51,355 bases of DNA from a virus (lineage: Duplodnaviria > Caudoviricetes), in the IMG/VR virus record IMGVR_UViG_3300033145_002956, positions 1 to 51,355 of that record; one strand, 5' to 3'. Made by a program: the position numbers and the translations under genes. The notes under the pieces are model-generated. The model was not told the DNA's origin, did no database searches, and saw only the letters and a program-made list of their open reading frames with translations. The stretch's first letter is position 1; each line of letters begins with the position of its first letter. This document shows positions 45,496 through 51,355 of this stretch, piece by piece.

Positions 45496-46049
45496 TTGGC
45501 ATGACATTGGGAGTTAGTAAGTCACATATTGTGGATACAGAGCATTCTTTATGGGTAGATGGTGATGGAGCAGTACCCATGTTCGATGTGGAAAGGAGAA
45601 GAGCGTATTTATCAAAACAATTTTTCGCATCATATCGTTGGTTAAATGTCACAGATGGTACTGCGAAATATTTGCATTTTAGGACTCCTTCTACTATGGT
45701 AGATATTGTGTTTACGGCGGAGGTGTGTGGGAAGGCATGGGTAGATCTCTTTGAGAATCCCTCATTGTCTAATAATGGAACAGAAATATCCATATTCTGT
45801 ACGAACAGAGAAGATCCTGCCACAACAGAAGCGAAAGTGTATAGAGATCCAACTGTTACATCAGAAGGTACATGCATAGAAACTACTCTAATTGGGACTC
45901 CTGGAAAGTTTACTTTGACTGGTGGTATCTCTGTAGGCTATGGGTACTGGTACTTAAAGAGCAATACTTCCTACTTATCAAAGATAACAAATAAAGCGGG
46001 ATCTGCTTCTGATATAGGAGTAGCATTAACCTTTTTTGTCAATGAATAG
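45492..46049 (+). CDS. Putative virion protein
   Basis: Beta-rich; LFENP....GT.I...NR, LKSNTSYL.KITN. Confidence 0.65.
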   Translation: MIGMTLGVSKSHIVDTEHSLWVDGDGAVPMFDVERRRAYLSKQFFASYRWLNVTDGTAKYLHFRTPSTMVDIVFTAEVCGKAWVDLFENPSLSNNGTEISIFCTNREDPATTEAKVYRDPTVTSEGTCIETTLIGTPGKFTLTGGISVGYGYWYLKSNTSYLSKITNKAGSASDIGVALTFFVNE

Positions 46050-46213
46050 GGGAGAAAAATGAATAGGAAGGAATATCTCTTACTTATTCTACGAACTTAA
46101 CAACTCCAAGAGAAGTTTTGAGTCTCGCCTTATTATACTCTTCTTCTCCAACTTCATAAATCTCTTCCCATATTGATGCTGGGAGCAGTAAATGGATATA
46201 TTTTTCTTCCATT

Positions 46214-46630
46214 TTATCCCCTGTATTTCTTCTTGATCTTTCTCAATGCCTCTGCGGTATCGGGGGTAGCAATCTCCTCAATGCTTTTCCAAAAGGAAAA
46301 GCATCCTGCTGGTATATGCTTATCAATTTCACTAACAGTTTTCTCGATAAAAACATCAACTGGATAGGGTATCATCCTACAAATAGTATTGATCAATGTC
46401 TCATCTATGCTTTCTTCTGAAAGAATTTCAAGAACAAGATTATAAATATCATTTACAGTATATCCTTTCTCTTCAAGCATTTTTTTCGCATATTTCAATC
46501 TTGAAAGTCCCTTTAGTTTTATTGTGTATATATATTTACTCATTTTTTCACCAATTCTTGGATTCAAAGAACAACTCAAATTTACCTTTTCTTTGCTTCC
46601 ATATTCTAACAGGCAAAACAGCATTTTCAA
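46214..46630 (-). CDS. Hypothetical protein
   Basis: Part of the minus-strand operon; start probably at MSKYIY. Confidence 0.6.
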   Translation of the reverse strand: MKMLFCLLEYGSKEKVNLSCSLNPRIGEKMSKYIYTIKLKGLSRLKYAKKMLEEKGYTVNDIYNLVLEILSEESIDETLINTICRMIPYPVDVFIEKTVSEIDKHIPAGCFSFWKSIEEIATPDTAEALRKIKKKYRG

Positions 46631-46897
46631 CTATTTCTTTGAGCTTTTCAATACATGCTTTCCAGAGCCATGAGTCCAAATACTTCTACAGATAAGGAAG
46701 GCCGACTTTTTTGCTCTTTTTCCTCCTTTGCGTTCAACATAGAATTTCTCTACAGCTTCATGTTCTATAGCTTGCCATACAAGATCTGTAAAAGCTTCTA
46801 TTCTCTCTTTCAGTATTTTTATTTCTGTTTCTATTTCTTCTATTCTACCAACTGCCTTTCCTAATTCAAAGGGTATATTTATTTCATATTTACTCAT
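46631..46897 (-). CDS. Coiled-coil hypothetical protein
   Basis: GAGGTG SD. Confidence 0.6.
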   Translation of the reverse strand: MSKYEINIPFELGKAVGRIEEIETEIKILKERIEAFTDLVWQAIEHEAVEKFYVERKGGKRAKKSAFLICRSIWTHGSGKHVLKSSKK

Positions 46898-47031
46898 TTT
46901 TGCACCTCATATCCATTCATGACCTGTCCATTTAAAGAGTTTTCTGCAATGCTCGCATCTACAAACAAAACTTCCTGTTGGGTTATTGAGAACATGATCT
47001 CCAATAATGGAGCAGATCGGAGGAGGCTTCA

Positions 47032-47310
47032 TCAATCTTTCACCTCACCATCCAATTTTTCTCTTAATTTATGTAATTCTTTAACTATGGCGTCAACTTT
47101 ATCCCATTGAGCATCTGTACTTGCGTTTATCTCTGATCTTCGTTTATCTAACTCCTCTTCTGTAATTTCTCCTTTATCATATCTATACTCTATTAAATTA
47201 TGCGCTGCATCTGCATGAGCTGTTGGGTCTCCCATCTCCTCTAATCTCTTCTTGAGATACTTTATCCTTTCATAGTCCCTCAATTCTTCTAAAATCTTCA
47301 TATAATTCAT
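47032..47310 (-). CDS. Hypothetical protein with SHOCT-like motif
   Basis: RYDKGEITEEELDKRR. Confidence 0.65.
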   Translation of the reverse strand: MNYMKILEELRDYERIKYLKKRLEEMGDPTAHADAAHNLIEYRYDKGEITEEELDKRRSEINASTDAQWDKVDAIVKELHKLREKLDGEVKD

Positions 47311-47624
47311 GTTATACGAACCTCTTTGAGCTTCCAGAATTTTCTCATCTCCTCTACCCTCTTAGCCAATATGTAGAGGTCTTCTATGTATATAGCTCTA
47401 CCAGTCTTCGAAAGACAGTCCGTTCTTGGATGATTCTCAAGAAATCCACTGTACACAAACACAACTATAGTCCCAGAGGAAGATAACCTTATTTCAGCAA
47501 AGTCCTCACTGTTCTTATATGGTTTTCTACATAGCCATTCTCTCCTGTGAGAACTTCTCAAGCTCACAAAAACAGATTTAGTACCCCACCTATTGTCAAA
47601 AAGAGTGAATTTTCCTTTTGTCAT
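47307..47624 (-). CDS. Hypothetical protein
   Basis: Coupled ORF. Confidence 0.65.
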   Translation of the reverse strand: MTKGKFTLFDNRWGTKSVFVSLRSSHRREWLCRKPYKNSEDFAEIRLSSSGTIVVFVYSGFLENHPRTDCLSKTGRAIYIEDLYILAKRVEEMRKFWKLKEVRIT

Positions 47625-47971
47625 TTTTTTACCCCCCTTATTAGCTTTCCTTTTTTCTCTCTATTTTTAATGGCTTCAGCAATTTTGTCTTTTATTGCGT
47701 CCATCATTAGATCGGTACAAGATTGGAGGTCTCCCTCAAAAACGCCTATTTCACGTCCATTAGGATCGTAGAATGTCAACGTGTATCCCTTCTTGATTAT
47801 CTTTCCCTTTTCTCCCTCATATTTATTTTTATCCTTCAATTTCTCATGGATTACAAGCGTGAATCTACAATGTTCTGAGCTTATACTTATGTCCTCGACT
47901 TTGACATCTCCGTGCTTCTCGGCTTCCTGTGCGATTCTCACAACAATAGCCAACAGATCAGATTCTTTCAT
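47621..47971 (-). CDS. Hypothetical protein
   Basis: Coupled ORF with GGTGA SD. Confidence 0.65.
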   Translation of the reverse strand: MKESDLLAIVVRIAQEAEKHGDVKVEDISISSEHCRFTLVIHEKLKDKNKYEGEKGKIIKKGYTLTFYDPNGREIGVFEGDLQSCTDLMMDAIKDKIAEAIKNREKKGKLIRGVKK

Positions 47972-48246
47972 TCGATCACCTTTGGGCGTCTGAAGAAGCC
48001 TTTTATACTCTCTATTATCATCTCGAAATTCGTCGCTGGGCGATATATATCTATTGTTCCATCCTTATTTTTTATCAGTTCAAGATTTTGTCCCTTATAT
48101 TCTATACAGTATGCTGCGTCAACGACCATTCTTTCAGGATGTATCATTATTTTTACGATGCTTGGATCGTATGGATTTTTCTCTGTATAAACAGGTGATG
48201 GCTTCCTCACCTTCGTTGCTCTATTCTGTGTATCATATACTGGCAT
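47968..48246 (-). CDS. Hypothetical protein
   Basis: Coupled ORF. Confidence 0.65.
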   Translation of the reverse strand: MPVYDTQNRATKVRKPSPVYTEKNPYDPSIVKIMIHPERMVVDAAYCIEYKGQNLELIKNKDGTIDIYRPATNFEMIIESIKGFFRRPKVIE

Positions 48247-48255
48247 ACACGAACC

Positions 48256-48399
48256 TCACTTTTGGGGTATCTGTACAACCTTTCCCTTTTGTGAGTAACA
48301 ATATCCACATGCAGGACAACAGTAGAAGTACCAATCGTACTCACCACATTCTACAACCAATTTGAGCATGTGATCTCTATTACATTTTTGACACAACAT
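48256..48399 (-). CDS. Small zinc-ribbon protein (47 aa)
   Basis: MLCQKC...YCCPACGYC; GAGGTGA SD. Confidence 0.65.
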   Translation of the reverse strand: MLCQKCNRDHMLKLVVECGEYDWYFYCCPACGYCYSQKGKVVQIPQK

Positions 48400-48427
48400 T
48401 TATTCACCTCTTTTATTCAGTTCATCC

Positions 48428-49300
48428 TCGACAATTTTACAAACCTTCTCAAGAAAAGTCTGCCACTTCTTACAATGTAGTCTGCCTTTCAGTTCTATTA
48501 CTTTATAGTACAATTCATCTGGAATGTACTTAAATGTTATATTTAATATCTATATTTCCTTCGTGTAATTGCTATTATACAAACCTCTCCATATATTCTG
48601 TCCACTCTTCCATATGTCTTCTTTGCTCCATCCTTTTTACATCACTACGCCACTGTTCCATTTCATCTCCCCAAATGCAATCCAAAAGATTGTAAAGTAT
48701 GGGGAGAATTACGAACACATACAACACCATTGCCAAGAGAATCAATCCAAAATTCATGTTATCCATTTTAAAGCTATTTGTTATCTGTTCTAGTGTTTTC
48801 CCAGATCCAAGATGACACAAGCTTGTCCACAAGACTATATATATTAGCATTATCCCATTCTCTTGGGATCGCTCCAAGTATTCTGTCATAGTTTTCCAAG
48901 ACGATGATATAATCTTTATATATCTCTATCTCAAGTTTTGTTATTACCCTCTTTTCTGTACTACTTTTTGTCATTCTCTATCCCTCCCCCTACTTTATTT
49001 CTATCTTCTTTAACTTTTTCTCTAATGTAAAATGCAAGACTATCCAACTCGTAACGAATGCCATGTATATTCTTGGTAATAGGATTACTCTCACATTTTT
49101 CCTTTATCCTACCCAATATGTTTGCCCACCTTAAGGCCTCTTCCATCCCATCTAAGCCCTCCTTTGCTTCTGCATCCAGCTCCTCATCGACAATTTTACA
49201 AACCTTCTCAAGAAAAGTCTGCCACTTCTTACAATGTAGTCTGCCTTTCAGTTCTATTACTTTATAGTACAATTCATCTGGAATGTACTTAAATGTTATA
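48428..49300. repeat. 114-bp direct repeat (48428..48541 and 49187..49300) encoding an RHH-like segment
   Basis: Two copies identical by inspection. Confidence 0.9.
48774..48974 (-). CDS. Hypothetical protein
   Basis: GGGGGAGG SD; coupled ORF. Confidence 0.55.
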   Translation of the reverse strand: MTKSSTEKRVITKLEIEIYKDYIIVLENYDRILGAIPREWDNANIYSLVDKLVSSWIWENTRTDNK

Positions 49301-49320
49301 ACTCATTGCTTATTGTTCAT
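48961..49320 (-). CDS. RHH-like regulator fusion with an in-frame TGA at codon 6
   Basis: ATG at 49320 reads MNNKQ*VITFKYIPDELYYKVIELKGRLHCKKWQTFLEKV. Confidence 0.5.
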
Positions 49321-49387
49321 TTTGATATATACTCTAAAGTATGCATAAGCTTTATATACTCTACCTACTTTCTTGATAGTGATACCT

Positions 49388-49525
49388 ATGAAAAAAGGAA
49401 AAGTTATAACCATAAAGGACATACCAGTGGATTTGTTTTTTAGAGCTGTAAAGCTTAAAGCTGAGCTTCACTGTAAGACTTGGGGAGAGTTCCTTAAGAA
49501 GGTTGTGAAGAAATTAGAGGGATAA
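49388..49525 (+). CDS. Ribbon-helix-helix-like regulator (45 aa)
   Basis: MKKGKVITIKDIPVDLFFRAVKLKAELHCKTWGEFLKKV; paralog of the divergent RHH genes. Confidence 0.7.
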   Translation: MKKGKVITIKDIPVDLFFRAVKLKAELHCKTWGEFLKKVVKKLEG

Positions 49526-49527
49526 GG

Positions 49528-49941
49528 ATGGATGATCCAATAGGACATGGTAGAGCAATGGCAAGGGTTATAGAGGTAATGGAAACTGCGGACGAGAGGC
49601 CTATGAGGAAGTATACCTCAGATTTAGAAAATTTGAAGGTGGATATATTTATAGAAATGAATCGTCCCTCTTTTTGCGGTGAAAAAGGACTTGTGTTGTT
49701 TTTTGGATTTTTATTGATGTTGTTAGTGATACCTAATCCTTACTTCGGTCTGTGGTCGGGTAGAGGGGTATATTATCTCCAAACAGTAATAATAGTGTTC
49801 TTATTGATTCTTGGTGCGTTTTTATGTAGTGTGTGGTTATATCTGAAGACAAGAAAAGCGATAAGGAAGTATGACAGGTTGATAGAGGAGAAAGATAGAG
49901 AAGAGATTAAGAGAGAGATGCATATATTTGGATTGTGGTAA
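49528..49941 (+). CDS. Two-TM membrane protein
   Basis: Two hydrophobic segments. Confidence 0.65.
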   Translation: MDDPIGHGRAMARVIEVMETADERPMRKYTSDLENLKVDIFIEMNRPSFCGEKGLVLFFGFLLMLLVIPNPYFGLWSGRGVYYLQTVIIVFLLILGAFLCSVWLYLKTRKAIRKYDRLIEEKDREEIKREMHIFGLW

Positions 49942-50042
49942 TCTCTGAGGAGGTGATTTTGTGTATGAATATACAGGTATAATAGTGTTTTTGGGACTGC
50001 TAATAGGTACATCGTGGCTACTGTGACTTCGTGTAATTGCTA

Positions 50043-50735
50043 TTATACGAAGTTGATCGAATTAATATTCTTGAGGAACATCTCACCAATGTACTTTGAA
50101 TATGCAGGAGGTACAGCTTGTGCAAGCATCTTCTTATCTGTTATCCAATCTATACCCATGGCGTGTTGCCATACTTCCAATTTAGATTTATTTTCAAGAC
50201 CATTCAATTTGCAGTAATTGTGCTTAGAATCGTTTCCACCATGACCTGCCACAGTGACATAATACCCATCTTTGACTAGTCCTCTATGTTTCTTGTGGTT
50301 GGGCTGTGGCACTTTGAAGCCATGTATCTCAAAATACCTGTGTCTTATCACCTTTAATCCAAACATCTCCCCACAGAGCATTAAATCCTTCCGTATGGGT
50401 GACCCAGGAACATTCTCAATAATGAATGGCTTCCCACTATCAAGAAGGATCTTCCGTGTACGACTTATGAGGTCAGGGTAGGATCTTCCCTCATTGTGCC
50501 ACCGTCTTGCTGCATAAGAGTAAGCTTGACATGGGGGAGAAGCCCATATAAGATCAAATTGCGCATAGAAGTCTTCATAGTAGGGAAACATCATTTTCGT
50601 AACATCATTCTGTACAAAGATGAAAGGATATTCAGGTTGAGGGTTTATGTCAACTCCTATTATCGTGTCAAAACCGGCCATCTTCAAGCCCATACTTGCT
50701 CCACCAGCTCCACAATACAAATCCAAAACCTTCAT
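50043..50735 (-). CDS. DNA (cytosine-5) methyltransferase, short viral type
   Basis: LDLYCGAGG, WASPPCQ, IIENV, RHR.F, AVPPAY. Confidence 0.92.
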   Translation of the reverse strand: MKVLDLYCGAGGASMGLKMAGFDTIIGVDINPQPEYPFIFVQNDVTKMMFPYYEDFYAQFDLIWASPPCQAYSYAARRWHNEGRSYPDLISRTRKILLDSGKPFIIENVPGSPIRKDLMLCGEMFGLKVIRHRYFEIHGFKVPQPNHKKHRGLVKDGYYVTVAGHGGNDSKHNYCKLNGLENKSKLEVWQHAMGIDWITDKKMLAQAVPPAYSKYIGEMFLKNINSINFV

Positions 50736-50822
50736 ACTTTTACTAAGAGTCCATGTTAAAAAAACTTCGTATAACAGAAAAAGAAAGACATTCCAATCTA
50801 TCTATTCTACTATCTAACCTAA

Positions 50823-50893
50823 GTCATGAAATCCATCAAAATTTTATGACTATCCTATAGCTTATGTCATGAAATCCATCAAAATTTTATGAC
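50823..50893. repeat. Two identical 28-bp imperfect palindromes
   Basis: GTCATGAAATCCATCAAAATTTTATGAC at 50823 and 50866. Confidence 0.9.
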
Positions 50894-50981
50894 ATCTATT
50901 GTTACTCTAATGTAAGTTACACAATGAAGTTAATTTATCATGTCTATTTTAGTAGCTATGAACCTATTTAGTTAATCATGG

Positions 50982-51111
50982 ATGATAGGATAGATGGTTT
51001 TTTATGGAGAGGTTGAGTTCTATATATTTTATTACAATGTCTATAATGTTCTATATTTGTTTATTACAATGTCTATAATAAAGTATGCTATTGTTTAATG
51101 TGTATAACTCA
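50982..51111. repeat. Right inverted terminal repeat
   Basis: Reverse complement of 1..130. Confidence 0.95.
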
Positions 51112-51334
51112 ATGCTATTGTTTAATGTGTATAACTCAGTAGATAAGACAGAATCCAAAACAAGACAGGATACGCCCCCGAATAGCAAATAGAACTGGAA
51201 TGTCTGTCAGTTTTGCTTTCCTTTGGAAAGCAAAACTGACAGACATTCCAGTTCTTTTTTTTTTTTTTTGGCGTATCCTGTCTTGTTTTGGATTCTGTCT
51301 TATCTACTGAGTTATACACATTAAACAATAGCAT
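51112..51334. other. Terminal fold-back hairpin: TTT loop, 31-bp stem, 14/14-nt mismatched bubble, 65-bp outer stem
   Basis: 51191-51221 pairs with 51225-51255; bubble CCCGAATAGCAAAT faces T14; 51112-51176 pairs with 51270-51334. Confidence 0.9.
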
Positions 51335-51355
51335 ACTTTATTATAGACATTGTAA

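Noticed and set aside
48428-49300. 114-bp repeat as a DGR template/variable repeat pair
   Set aside because: The copies are identical with no adenine-specific differences, and no reverse transcriptase is present.
49303-49305. In-frame TGA as selenocysteine or genome-wide stop recoding
   Set aside because: TGA is used as a normal stop throughout, and the aligned paralog position is not Cys.
51085-51138. 27-bp exact tandem duplication at the ITR/hairpin junction
   Set aside because: It is absent from the mirror arm, so it is most likely a contig-joining artefact.
51308-51355. 48-bp direct terminal repeat identical to 1..48, suggesting a circular genome
   Set aside because: Probably assembly overlap. 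It is expected when reading through a hairpin into an ITR, so it does not prove circularity.

Overview
This window looks like an essentially complete genome of about 51 kb from an archaeal virus. The archaeal assignment rests on GGTGA Shine-Dalgarno sites, BRE/TATA promoters, a BHB-intron tRNA, and a Thermococcales/Methanococcales-type S-layer gene. The ends carry 130-bp inverted terminal repeats and a long, imperfectly paired fold-back with a TTT loop, which suggests a linear genome with covalently closed hairpin ends. The left arm encodes a Ku-like protein next to an ATP-dependent ligase, a Sak4-like ATPase, a DEDD exonuclease, and an HTH-MCM-like helicase with iteron-like repeats inside its gene. 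The centre holds a tail-less morphogenetic module: small beta-rich capsid-like proteins, basic nucleocapsid-like proteins and many membrane-anchored proteins. I could recognise no terminase, portal, packaging ATPase, DNA polymerase or integrase. The most striking system is an intein-containing radical SAM/SPASM maturase placed directly after three membrane-anchored proteins that carry long C-[E/Q]-x-x repeat tracts, one with an embedded thioredoxin domain. This suggests RiPP-like thioether crosslinking of virion or surface proteins. The right arm has an intein-containing alkaline-phosphatase-superfamily gene, a sugar-modification cluster including UDP-sulfoquinovose synthase, RHH regulators and a C5 DNA methyltransferase. 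All family calls come from motif recognition by eye, not database searches. Several apparent frameshifts may be sequencing errors.
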